From Azolla caroliniana (Eukaryota > Plantae > Polypodiophyta): a stretch of DNA of 64,000 nt. The notes beneath the pieces are model-generated. The model was not told the origin of the DNA, searched no databases, and saw only the letters and a list, made by a program, of their open reading frames with translations. Position numbers and translations under genes: made by a program. Positions 1 to 12,344 of this stretch are shown here, piece by piece (position 1 is the first letter of the stretch; every line of letters starts with the position of its first letter). The stretch lies in the NCBI GenBank assembly GCA_043228905.1, contig JBHGNT010000017.1:13020001-13084000 (forward strand), read 5' to 3'.

Positions 1-398
1 TTAGGAGAACGAGGAGCGTACACGGGCTACAATCCGGTAGACGTAGACGTAGCTAGGATTACGAGTACGGGAAGATCACACAGATGAAGGCATAGTAATA
101 GCGAGACTTATATTAAATGAGAAAGCTCACAATGAATACAATACACGGCTCTCGGCCGGAACAGTTTTGTGCAGAGCTAAGTGCTACTATATTAATCCTG
201 CTAATAATCTAGGGATCTCCCTCACTTGAGGTATGCAGGTCTCGGCATATATAGTTTTCTTCTTTACACAGAGCCGAGCCGTTAGCTGATTGTGAGGGCT
301 CAAAACTCGACTATTTTAGTTCTACCTATTTCCTCACCTACTTTTCTACCTACCAGCGAGTTTACATATTTTGTATTTATATTTCTGGCCTGTGGACA
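1..398 (-). repeat. 3' LTR of Gypsy A (truncated by the window edge)
   Basis: Colinear with 16936-17333; similarity ends at tgtggaca (398), which is TGTCCA... on the element strand. Confidence 0.92.
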
Positions 399-403
399 AA
401 ACC

Positions 404-443
404 TAGCATGCCCGTGGGATAGGACTTTGTCCGTCAAACCCAC
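404..443 (-). other. tRNA-Arg-like 3' half / inverted second PBS at the expected PPT position of Gypsy A
   Basis: Element strand reads GTGGG TTTGA C GGAC-AAA-GTCC TAT CCCAC GGGCATGCTA ggttt then the LTR. Aligns with 57201-57240. No purine tract next to the LTR. Confidence 0.75.
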
Positions 444-2206
444 GATTCACAAAGTGGAGGGATAACAACGGATTTTGCCAAAAAAAATTACAAAATTGCC
501 CTTTTATACAAGGGGCTTACGGGTTTGTTTTAATCCTCTTCTAATATGCCGAGGATATCCTTGGGGGTGTGGGGTTAGTCAGGTTGTACGGAAGGCGGGG
601 TTGGTGATGGGGATTTTGCTGCCGAGTCCAAGATGGTTGTGTATTCGCGTGGGCCGTGCTCTATTGGTTCTGGTTCTGGGAGGGTTGTGGTCGTAGTTTG
701 TTGCTCGGTTGTGATGTGGGTGTCTGTAGGGGCAGTTCCCTCCTGTCTGGCTTCCGTAGTGGTGTTGTTGTTGGCTCTGGTTCGTGGTCATCAGTCGTGG
801 GAGCTCTGTTAGTCATGGTAGCTAAGCGTTCCTCCTCGTAAGCTTCAGCTTCTAAACAGAACATCATTTGATCGTCGTTGAATTCCTCTAGAAGTTGCTC
901 GATTGTCGCGGTGTGGGATTTCGCTAAGGTATGATATTCCTCGGTCAAGTCTTCACGAAGGTTCTGGATGCTGGTCTCATCCATCTTGTAGAACCCTCAG
1001 CCCTCCTTCTTTTGGTTCTCGGCATCCGCGCTTAATATGTGTAGTTCAGCGGCTTGGGCTGACCATTCCTGCCATACGCAGTCGAGAGATTCCTTGATCT
1101 TCTTGGTGAGGTGTTGGCGATATTTGTTGATCAGGATCTCTTTATTCTCGTATCGTCCATGCCAATTTGAGCTCGGTAAGCTTCCACTTCCTCCCTTGCG
1201 ACCTTGGCGTCTTCTTGGCATTTGCGGACGAGGAGCTCAAGAGTAGCTTGGTTATCCTTTGCTTTTGCGGTTACGAGTGCGATTGTCTACTCGTAACGTT
1301 TGGTGAGTTGAGCCGCAGTTTCGTCCACTTCCTTTCTCCAAGCGTCCCGTTACCGTTCCCTAGTGCAGAAAGTAGCGTGCGGAAGCAAGTATGAAGACAA
1401 AACAGAGGAAGGAAACTCAGGTTCAATGGAGAGCTTAGGCTTACACGGTATACGCGGGAGAGACTGAGAGAGAAACACAAAAACTATATTTCACAATAAT
1501 ACTCAATCTCTATACATAAGACGTGCTCAGTGAGCACTTTTATACAAGTCCTAAAAGGACTGACTGAAGTACTGACAGTACTTCAATGCTCATCAAGAGC
1601 CCCTACACTAACTCCCAAATATATTCCTCACGGAATATCTTTCCTAACGACCTCCCGGTTTACGCACTCGGCCTAACCGATCGGTCCCAACCGATCCGGT
1701 CCTTGGCTTCTTCAGTCGATCCGGCCGATGTTGAGCTTGTCTCTCAACACTCCCCCTCAAGCTCAACTTGAGGCTCTTCGGGATCTTCACAGCACCGGTT
1801 CCTCCTGGCTTCACGCCTCGCTCGCGCTCCTCGACCTGTTCGACTCCGCGCGCTTCGACCCTTCTGGTCGTCTTGTCTGCTCATGCGGCCCTTATCAGCT
1901 CTTTTGCGGTGTTGACGCTTCTTCTGCTGCCTTTTCTTCCGCTTGGGCCTCAGTTGATTCAGCATGTCTGAATCAAACATCCGAACCGACTCGGCTACCT
2001 CCGATCGGTCATCGCTCTCGTCCGAGTTGGCTGTCTCCAACTCGTCTTCGGTCTTCTCGTCCTCGATGGCGTCATCCTCCTCATGCAGGGTTGGTTTCGG
2101 CTCTCTCCTTCGGTTGCTCCCCTTCTGTCTGCTTCCGAACTTTTCCGCAGGTCCACCCTCGGCTTCTTCAGCCGATCTGATGTCGAACTCGACAACCGAC
2201 TCGGTG

Positions 2207-5200
2207 TCACGGTGTCCGCTCCTTCTCCTGCTGCTTTGCTTGGTCGTTCGGGACTGTTCTCCCCCTCAAGTTCGGCAAGTCAAGGTGACGCAACCCGAGC
2301 GCACCTGAGAATTGCCGCAACTTGTCAAGACCAAGCGGCTTGGTGAAGATGTCGGCAGCTTGCCGTTCCGTCGGAACGTACTGAAGTTCGACTTCACCGG
2401 AAAGAACACGCTCACGGACGAAATGGTAATGCACCTCAATGTGCTTGGTCCGTGCGTGGAAAACGGGGTTCTTCGCGAGCTAGATGCTGCTGAGGTTGTC
2501 GCAGTAGATCGTCCTCGGATCTCACACCTCCTCTTGCAGGTCCTTAAGTAGCCGCTTCAACCAGATGGCTTCGCATGTCGCAACAGCCGCTCCTCGGTAC
2601 TCAGCTTCGGTGCTCGACAGTGCAACTGTCGGTTGCTTCTTACTGCTCCACGCTATCGCGGCACTCCCGAGGGAGAACGCTTATCCGGACGTGGATCGGC
2701 GATCGGCGGCGTTCCAGCCCAATCAGCATCGGTGTAGCCGACTAGCTGCGCGGCTGCACCGGTCCGATATAGCAGTCCCCGGTCCTTAGTGTCGTTGACA
2801 TACCGAAGTATGTGTTGCGCACACTGAAGGTGCTCCTCGGTAGGTCGCGCCATGAGCTGACTGATCACCCCGACCGGATAACTGAGGTCGTGTCGGGTGA
2901 TGGTCACGTATATGAGGCTTCCGACAATTTGTCGGAACCTCGTCGGGTCGCATACCTTTCCCGTATCGGGACGAAGCTTCACGGTTCTATCCAGAGGAGT
3001 CGAGACGGACTTACAGTCGGCCATCCCGAATTTGAAGAGCATACTCAGCACGTAGTGACGTTGGCTGATCAATATGCCTTCGGGGGTACAGATCACTTCG
3101 ATCCCGAGGAAGTAATGAAGGTCTCCCAGATCCTTCATGTCGAACAATGCCGCAAGCTGGAGCTTCACGCAGTCGATTTCACCTAGGTCGGCGCCGGTGA
3201 TGACCAAGTCATCAACATATAGTAGAATACTAACCGGTCCGAGTCGACCTTTCCGGACGAACAGGGAAGAGTCCGATTTTGACGTGACGAAGCCCATCCG
3301 ACGCAGTTGTTGCGTGATCTTCGCGTTCCAGGCACGCGGGGCTTGCTTCAGTCCGTAAAGGGACTTTTTCATTCGGCATACTGCCGAGGAGTTCGTTCCG
3401 GAGTGAAATCCGGGGGGCTGTACCATGTACACCTATTCCTCAAGGTCACCTTGCAGGAACGCATTCTTTACATCCATCTGATGTAAGTGCCACCCCTTTG
3501 CCGCAGCTACTGTCAGCAAAACACGGACGGTCGTCATTTTCGCGACCGGCGCAAACGTCTCATCATAGTTGATGTCGTGTTTCTGCCACTAGCCGAGCCT
3601 TGTACCGGTTGACCGAGCCATCAGTGTTGTACTTGACCTTGTATACCCACTTACACCCGATCGGCTTCACACCCTTCGGTGCGTCAACTAGGTCCCAAGT
3701 CTCGTTCTCTGCCAATGCGTGCATCTCTTCCTCCATCGCGGCACGCCAATTCGCGTCTTTCGCTGCTTCTGCGTAGCACTCTGGCTCACGCACTTCCGCT
3801 ACACGGGTCATGTACGCATAATGATGCGCCATGTACTCGTTGTAACCGAACCTCACAACTGGGTTCTTTTGGCGGGTAGATCGGCGTAATCTCACATTAG
3901 CCGATGTCGAGGCCTTCTCGGTCGACGCGGTCTTCACCTTTAAAGACCCGTCACCGGTTCCCTCGGAGTCGGACTCGCGTCGGTCTGACTCGTTCCTTTC
4001 CGTGCTGGAATCCGACACCTTCTTCTTCCCTTTCTCTTTGCGCGTAAGCCGTCTCCTCGGCTTCCTGCGCGGGGAATGCACGGCTGAGTCTCCACTACTC
4101 GCCGGCTCCTCATCGGACTGGTCATACCGACTCAGTCGTCCAATCGGTCCACTTAACCGGAGTGAAATCGGACTCTCTTCGCGGGTCTCGATTTCGGGCT
4201 CATCCGGAGGCATCTCGGCCTCGCTGACCTCATCGTCAGAACTCGGATTGGAGTCGAGGTTCGTAGTCGGGGGCAGGTACCAAGACGCGGACTCGTCAAA
4301 CACAACGTCGCGGCTGACACGCGCTTGTTTGGTGCGAGGGTTATAGCACTTAGAACCCTTCTGCTCGTCCGAGTAACCGACCAAGATGCATTTCTCGGCC
4401 TTTGCGTCCATCTTCCTCCTTTTCTCCTTCGGTATATGCACATACGCAATGCTACCGAACACCCTCAAGTGTCGCAAGTTCGGCTTCGTTCCGAAATATA
4501 GCTCGTGCGCTGACACTTTGTCTCCGATCCGGTTCTGGATGTATACCGCGGTCCTTACCACCTCGGCCCAGTAGAACTTGTTGCCCGTGCCGCTTCCACA
4601 ATCGACCAGTTCTTTCTCTTGGCCACGCCGTTCTGCTCCGGCGTGTATCTAAATCTGAATTCGCGCCGAATTCCCATTTGTTGTAGATAACCGTTGAATT
4701 GACCGGAAAATTACTCTTTCCCGCCATCCGACCGCAGGCACTTGATCTTTCATCCCGTTTCGGTTTCCACGAACTCCTTGAGGTCCCGGAAACAGTCGAA
4801 GACTTCGCTCTTCCTCTCAATGAGGTAGATCCACGTGTGCCGTGTGTGGTCGTCGATGAAGGAGATGAAATATCGGCTCCCACCAAGACTAACGTTTTGT
4901 GCCGGTCCCCACACATCGGAGTGTATAAGGTCGAGTTTGTTCCGGCTCCGGTTTCGCTCGTGGGGGAAAGGAAGTCGGTGTTGCTTCCCGAGCTGGCAGG
5001 CTTCACAAATTTGTGCCTTTCGGCCACTAAATTTGGGCAATCCGAACACTACCTGTTTCGTTTGCAGATCTTGAAGCCGTTGGTAGTTGACATGGCCTAT
5101 CCGCTTGTGCCACAAGTCGATGTCCGACTCGGTCTTTTGTCCCTTCGCGAACATTGCGGTGCCGCCGTCAGTGGAGTCGAGGATGAACATCCTCCCGTCT

Positions 5201-6522
5201 CTGCGCCCTTGCGCAATCACACGGCCTTCTTCCTCAATGAAGCACCCGAGGTGTGTAAACTGAACCTCCATCCCTTGGTCGACGATCTGTCTGACCGAGA
5301 CCAAGTTCTTCGTGATTGTCGGAACGTGCAGCACGTTCTTGAGTTTCCCTTTCTGCCCGACATGGCTAAGGGGAACTTCTCCGACATTCGCGATCGGATG
5401 CGGAGTGTCGTCTCCTGTTGCGACTACTCCCGATTGTATCGGTTTTTCAAGGTACGAGAACCACTCCTTATGGCTCGTCATGTGGTTTGACGCGCCGGAG
5501 TCCACGTACCACACCTCATCCGATCTCGGGGTGCTCTGTTTCATTGAGTTTGCTTCGTGTCTCGTCACGAAGACAGACCCTTCTCCAGCTCTCCCGGAGT
5601 CTTCGGCATAGTGCGATCGCTGCCGATTTCCCTTGTCGGTATGTCTGGAGCCATTCCCGGAACCAGTTCTCTCCGAATCGGCGCGCTTCTTCCAACACTC
5701 GCTTTCCCTGTGGCCTTTCTTGCCACAGTACCAGCACTCCGCGATGGACTTCCCTTTCCGGTTCTCATCGCTTCGACTCCCCCTATTTTCGGAGGGTCTG
5801 GAGTTGCTGTTGGCATCACTTCGGTGCCTTCTTTCTTGATCTCGTCGGCCGCCTCCATTGCGTGCCGACTTGCCTCATCCTCCACGTCCACGGGGCCTAT
5901 CTCCCTCCGTATACAGCATTCTGCTGTCGGTGTGCGTGCTTGTAGACGCACCCGCGTGGTTCTCCTCTACCAGGAGCATCGACTATAAGTCGAAAAAGGA
6001 CGGCGTATTCTCCCGGGTACACACAGCCATTCGGAACGCTCCGAACTTCGACGCCAAACCTCCGAGACAGATCTGGACCATCTCACTCTCCTCGATGTTC
6101 ACCTCTATGGAGGCGAGGGAGTCGCAGATATCCTTGATCTTCGAGGTATAGTCCGCCACCGACAAGTCGCGTTGTCGTAGGTTGCTCAACTCCTGTCGGA
6201 GCTGAAGCTTCCTAGCTGTGGTGCTTGCGGTGAAAATCTTCTTCAGATTTTCCCACGCACCCTTCGGCGTCTTTGCATCCCGAACATAGCTCAATAGTTG
6301 TTCGCCCACACACGACGCGAAGCAGTATAGTACCCTGCTCGCTGATTGCTCCCACGACGGGAAGTCTCTGTGTGACAATTCGGGTGCCGCATCATTAGCT
6401 CCTTCAACATAACTCCAGTAGCCATGCCCGAGCAGGTACTGGTGCATCTTGTAGGACCAAGACGCGTAGTTGGTTCTGTCGAGCTTCTCTGTTGGAAGCG
6501 AGCTCGCCATGCCTCTATCCAT
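2207..6522 (-). pseudogene. Copia B gag-pol (gag, PR, INT, RT, RNase H) with several frameshifts and stops
   Basis: ORF fragments 5983-6522, 4750-5568, 3563-4561, 2653-3432 and 2207-2434 in Copia domain order. Confidence 0.93.
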
Positions 6523-6582
6523 CGTTCTTCTTGTTCTTCTTCGTCAAGCTGTGTCGGCTGCAGAGAGGTTCTCAACCCTCGC

Positions 6583-6594
6583 GCTCTGATACCA
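6583..6594 (-). promoter_or_regulatory. PBS (tRNA-iMet) of Copia B
   Basis: gctctgatacca = TGGTATCAGAGC on the minus strand, directly after the 5' LTR. Confidence 0.95.
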
Positions 6595-9500
6595 TGCAGA
6601 AAGTAGCGTGCGGAAGCAAGTATCAAGACAAAACAAAGGAAGGAAACTCAGGTTCAATGGAGAGCTTAGGCTTACACGGTATATGCGGGAGAGACAGAGA
6701 GAGAAACACAAAAACTATATTTCACAATAATACTCAATCTCTATACATAAGACGTGCTCAATGAGCACTTTTATACAAGTCCTAAAAGGACTGACTGAAG
6801 TACTGACAGTACTTCAATGCTCATCAAGAGCCCCTACACTAACTCCCAAATATATTCCTCACGGAATATCTTTCCTAACGACCTCCCGGTTTACGCACTC
6901 GGCCTAACCGATCGGTCCCAACCGATCCGGTCCTCGGCTTCTTCAGCCGATCCGGCCGATGTTGAGCTTGTCTCTCAACACCTGGCAGTGATGTCCTCTA
7001 TTTGCAACTGGTGATAAGCATCGGAAATTTGCGCCCATTGCTCTTCAGAGATGCTCCACTTTTGCATGTGTTCGTTTGCCAATTCTTGTAATTCCCTTTG
7101 TTGACGGCGTAATTCCTGGTTGTCTGTGAATAGCTCGCATTCCCGTTGGTTATTCCTCTCTGCTTCTTTGATGAATCGTTCTTTGGCCTCGGTGATAGCG
7201 ACCTGAAGGTTCATCACCTCTCTTTCTTGTGCTTTGAGTGCCACCGAGATTTCAGCAAGCAGTCACTTGAGGTCAGCTTCGCAGCCCACGGCTTGTTCCC
7301 GTAGTTGGCCAATAGTGTTGTTGTGGTTTTGTTCTGCTAACTCAGCCCGAGCGATCTGGGCCTTGAGATCGTCTTGGTAGTCACAGAGGGGAGGCCCTAT
7401 CTGGGTTGCAGCTTGCTAGTTCCGGGGATGGGGTTCCCTGTCCATATGTGTAGATCTTTCCATGACGATAGGCGGTTGTGGCATTTGCGTGGAAGCATGC
7501 CTAGTCTGGAGGCTCGGTGTCTTGTCTACCATTAGAGATGTTTCGTTGGTGGTGACGACAGTTGGCGGCATCGTTTGCGTGGAGGCATGGCTGGTTTGGG
7601 GGTGTAGGCTTTTATCTGCCAGTGACGATGTCTCGCTTGTCTATACCGAATCCGTCATTGTGCTTGCATCGACCGTGGCTATCCTGGGGTGAGTTGTGTC
7701 GTCGTTGTGTGCTTTGGTAACAATAGCACTCAAGCTTGGATTTGGAAGAGGGGCTAGTGAGACATCGTTATTCGGGGCATGGAGGCTTAAAGGGGGCTAT
7801 TCTTGATGTTGTTGCTCCAATGACACCAGTTTCTGCTTGGCGGTGTGCCATAGCTCGATGGCTCATTTGGCTTGCTGTTGTGCCGTTTTGATACGTCGGG
7901 CCATGTCCTTGGCTGCCCGAGTTGTGTGGTCTAGATTTCGATATGCCTCAACTAAGGCCGTGTTCAGATCTGGTAGCTCCATGAGGAGGGAAGCATTTTG
8001 TGCTTGCTTCTTCCGACCTATCTTCTGTAAGGCTCGATCCTCTTGAGGTTCAAGTTCTCCCATTAGTGCACGTTGGATCATCTTTGTTTCCGCGTGCTCC
8101 TCGGCCATATGAGTGGCGGCAGCTACTTGAGCGCGTGCGAGGAAATCCATCAACTCAAATGTTGTGCCCAGTCGAAGTAGTGCACTGAACTCGTATGCCT
8201 CCGTAGGGAGGTCTTTGTAACCGAGGACTTCCTCCTCCGATATCTGCGTGGTTTGTCCTTGCTCGATCCTACCTACTTGGAGCCATGACTCTACTGGTAC
8301 CATGGCCATGGAGGTCGAGCTGGCCTCCTTTGATTTCTGACAATGGGTCCCCTCGGTTTCTGTGGTCGACTCGCGATTGATGCGTCGTTTCGTTTTCGGC
8401 TGATCCTGTGAGTCTAGGGCCGGTGGTGTTGGCTCCTCGGCTTGTTTCCTCTTTTGTTGTCATATGCCTGAGGGCTGCTAGTTGGGGGGTTGCGGGCTCG
8501 GTTGTGGAGAGGGCATCGATGTCCTTGGTGTTTTCTGTCGTATGGTGACATCCTCAGTGATGGGCTCCTCGGCCTCGTCCCATTCGACACGGGTCATTGG
8601 TAACACCCATTGCTTCTGTGTTTTTGGTGGGGGTGGTGCCAAGGTGGGAGTAGGATTCCGAACGGCCAAGGGAGGTGGAGAGGGCGAGGGGTCTTCCCAT
8701 TCTTCCTGGGTTAACGCCAAAATCTTCTCCCGTTGTTTTTGTGGTGGTGGTGGAGAGGTAAGGATGCGACGAATGGAAAACGAAGGAGGTGGGTAGAGGA
8801 CTGTGACGTAATGATTCATCACAGGTAGCAATTGCTTACCAAATTGAAAAGACTCCAGTGTTGCACGGACTCCTTCGTCAGTGATGATTCCCCAATCGAC
8901 TTTGTCACCTTCGCACTCTTTGATGATGATGGCAGCCTTATTCTGTGGCATACTCGTGGGATTTGTATGCACAAAGGCGTATTCCATCAAAATTCGAGCG
9001 ATCTCCCCAAAAGACTTGTTTGGCCCTCTGTAAGTGCGGTAAGCTTTTCCCAACATCGAATACATCCCAAAGTATTCCTTGAGGGTCGTGTGAGGAGGAA
9101 TCTCAACTTCATGTTCTCCACCTCGCGTAAGGTCCAGAGCTGCGCGAATCATATTGTTGGTCACTGTGTCGGGGTGGATTCTGCGTGCTATTACTTGGGC
9201 GTCAGGGTGCATTGGGGCGTCAATGACCCATAAGTAGCCGCCCAATCCTCGTTGTTGTAGCCAAGAACGGGTTTCCTGCGATGCTGAGAGAGGCATGGTG
9301 GGCTCAATGGTTTGCTAACAGGGAGAGCGGGCGGGGGGGGGCGATGAGACGAGGGCGAGACAAAGAGATGGAAGAAGATTGTTGGGGAGGACACCGTTGT
9401 TCTGTGCAGGGGCTACGAGGGCGAGAGAAGGCCTGTTTGCGGGAGCGATGAGAACGAGAGAGAGCTTGGGAGCTTGAAGGTTGTGAAGGCAACAAAGCTT

Positions 9501-11568
9501 TTGTGTGAGTGGGCGCATTGTGTGTGGGGTAGCTTCTTTTATGTGACCGCCTAGGGTTTTGTGCAGGGAGAAGATCCTTTAGATTCTTGATTGTGGCTGC
9601 CATAATAAGGTATTATGGCCACACGTCACCGGAGTGCTTTGCTTTGTGAGGTGTGCATGTTCCTTAAATACTCTACTTTAATGTGAAGGTGACTAGTTTG
9701 TGCTCCTAAGAAAATGTCCTGATTTGGGGTGATTTGTTAGGTGGTTTAGGTAAGGCTAATTTAAATGCTAAAATTATTCCTAATATATCATTTTGGTGGG
9801 TAGGTCATTATTTTACTGATGGGGGCACATGGCCTCCTTCGTGGCGTCGTCTGTGAACTGGTCCGTGCTGTGAGATTTGGCGAAGGGATTATCTGTGGTA
9901 TTTCCTTGGTAAGGTCGAAGTCGGAATCCATTTACCCAGCTTTTGACGATGTCTCTGGCAAGTGTGCCGAGTTGGAATGTGCCGTTAAACTCATCAATTA
10001 TCCAGAAGGGGCCGGTCCATCGGAATCGTAATTTCCCCGGCATGGCACCGAGTCGTGTTTGGAAGACGGGTACCAATTTGCCGATGGTAAGTGCTTTCTC
10101 TATACCTTTCCGGTGACGATCTACGAAGGCTTTGCGTTGTCGTTGGCGTTGTTCCAGTTGAACCATGTTGGCCACTCGAATTTCGCCGAGTTTGAGGAGT
10201 TGTTCAAGCCGATATTGCTCTGATTGGGCCTCGGGTAGCCTTTCCTTAACCTTAACTCGGAGACTCGGAACTTGAAACTCGATCGGCATGATTGCTTCCA
10301 AACCAAATGCCATCCGAAAGGGTGTAGATTGAATGCTAGTTTTAAATGTGGTGCGATACGCCCATAATGCACTGTGGAGCTTGTCATCCCAATCAGTGCG
10401 GTTCTCATTGACCATCTTTTTCAGGATTGTTTGCAAAATTTTATTAGTAGATTCTGCCAATCCGTTTTCCTGAGGATAGTACGATGTACTTTTCTTATGT
10501 ACGACCACGTAGTGTGTATTGAGCTCCTGAATTATGTGGTTTATAAAATACCCGCCTTGGTCACTAATGAGCTTGATTGGGCATCCATAATGACACCATA
10601 GATGTTCGTAAACGAACTTTGCCATGGATGCAGCTGTGTTGTCCCATAGTGCCTTAGCCTCGACCCATTTTGTGCAATAGTCCGTGGCCACGATTATATA
10701 TTTGTTACTGGTGCGAGCCGCGGTTGGTTCGAAAGGTCCCACAAAATCTAACCCCCACTTTTGAAATGGTTCTAACGGAAGGATGGGTTGGTGCGGCATC
10801 CGTGCTTGCTCGGTCGTTTGTCCCATGCGTTGACACAAATCACATTGTCGACAGAATTCATGAGCGTCTTTTTTTGTTGTAGGCCACCATAAGCCACTCT
10901 GCCATATTTTTCTTGTTGTGGCCTCTCCAACATAATGTCCCCCCACGATTCCGTGATGTGCCTCCTGGAGAATTGCGTGTTTCTCAAATTGACGGATTGC
11001 ACGGCGCTAGATGCCGTCCGAGCCTTTGTGATAGAGGGTGTCAGAGACCAGACAAAAGTTTCGGCTCCGGACAGCGAGTCATTTCTGAGCGTCGAGGGTC
11101 AGGTGGTCGGGAGGATGGCCGGTGTTGAGGAAATGGGTCATCTCCGTGATCCATTCATCGTCATTTTCGTCTGGCACCCTTGCGAGACTAAAAAGGGTGG
11201 CGTTGGGTAGATCATCGTACATGGATGCGACTAGTTCTCCTGACTCGAGGCGCCTCAGGTAGTCAGCTACGGCGTGTTGGACGTCGGGCCAGTGCTGGAT
11301 CTGAAAATCAAACTCTTGTAGCAGGAGCATCCATCGGGCCAGTCGACCTATGAGGGCCTGTTTATTAACCAAGTAGAGGAGAGTCAAGTGATCGACATGG
11401 AATGTGAATTTCCAACCCAAGAGGTAATGCCGGAATTTGTTGATGATGTAAACCATACTGAGGGCCTCACGTTCAGTTGTTGAGTAATTCTTCTCCGTGG
11501 CCAAGAGTTGTCGGCTAGCGTAATACACTGGCCGATACCAATTTGGTGGTGTGTGTTGCATGAGCGCG

Positions 11569-12344
11569 TGACGGGAAATATATGTCCCCTATGCGCAACG
11601 CTCGGCCACAACCTAGCTTAGAATCATACACACAAAAAAAACAGGAATGAATGCACAACACAGTGAAGAGAAGAGTACACAGGATGTTTACGTGGAAAAC
11701 CCAAACTAGGGAAAAAACCACGGCAGCCCACAGGCTGCAAACTATCACTATGTTACAGTGTACAACAGTAAAGCACCGAGGCAACAACCTCGAGCTTTCT
11801 ATCTTCGCCACAGGCGGCGGTTACAACAGAGGCAACGACCTCTTCCTCTCTCTCTCTCTCTCTCTCTCTGTACACAATTACGCACGCTGATCTCACGCAA
11901 ACAAGAATAACAACAACTCTACATAAAATTTTGCCCTAAGTCATATTTATACTAATATGACTTTTCGACTATTTACAAATATAGCCACGGTGGACTCTCA
12001 GAAACATATTTACGAATATGTCTCTTCATCCGATGAGCACTCCTCATCGGGTCTGCACCATCCAGCTCTTCGTAGCCGGGTACTCCTCATCCGGTTCTCA
12101 CCGGGTCTGCATCATCCGGCTCTCCGTAGCCGGGTACTCCTCATCTGGTTCTCACCGGGTCTGCACCATCCGGCTCTCCGTAGTCGGGTACTCCTCATCC
12201 AGTTCTCACCGGGTCTACACCATCCGGCTCTCCGTAGCCAAGTACTCCTCATCCGGTTTCGGCCTCGGCCTATCGGCCTTGGCCGATATTGCTCATCAGC
12301 ACTGTTCTTCTCCCTTCCCATCCGGAGGGACCTGTCTCCCAACA
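11569..12344 (-). mobile_element. Solo LTR (related to the Copia G LTR) inside Gypsy A RNase H
   Basis: TG..CA ends; TSD gcgcg/gcgca. Removing it restores GSALMQHTPPNW. Homologous to 14090-14810 and to the split LTR 43548-43855 + 59099-59397. Confidence 0.9.
12040..12257. repeat. 54-bp tandem repeat (~4 copies) within the solo LTR
   Basis: Unit ccgggtctgca(c/t)catccggctctccgtagccgggtactcctcatccggttctca recurs at 12101, 12155 and 12209. Confidence 0.9.

Larger units (their letters stand above)
1364..6980 (-). mobile_element. Copia B: full-length Ty1/Copia LTR retrotransposon with frameshifted gag-pol
   Basis: 386-bp LTRs 1364-1749 and 6595-6980 (TG..CA, ~7 differences); TSD cctag/cctgg; iMet PBS at 6583-6594; PPT GAGGGGGAG at 1750-1758. 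Motifs: WYVDSGASNHMT, LDLIHSDVWGP, SLYGLKQAPRAW, LLYVDDL, ADIFTKPL. Confidence 0.96.
661..9296 (-). pseudogene. Accessory 3' ORF of Gypsy A (N-terminal globular domain, Pro-rich linker, long coiled coil), split by Copia B at 1364-6980
   Basis: ORF pieces 8478-9296, 7863-8309, 6975-7244, 997-1221 and 661-984 align with the 54399-57188 protein (e.g. MPQNKAAIII..EGDKVDW vs MPQNRAGMII..EGIKVDW; WSAQAAELHILSAD..N.KKEG vs WAQNAAELQLLRAD..N.RKEG). Confidence 0.85.

Noticed and set aside
4452-5988. Long antisense and alternative-frame ORFs over Copia B, and similar ones over 54642-55703
   Set aside because: Shadows of GC-rich retroelement coding sequence with no independent motifs.
12040-12257. Regular repeat array that could suggest CRISPR or a repeat protein (ORFs 11957-12388, 12018-12584)
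   Set aside because: Head-to-tail 54-bp units with no unique spacers, inside a TSD-flanked solo LTR in a eukaryotic context.
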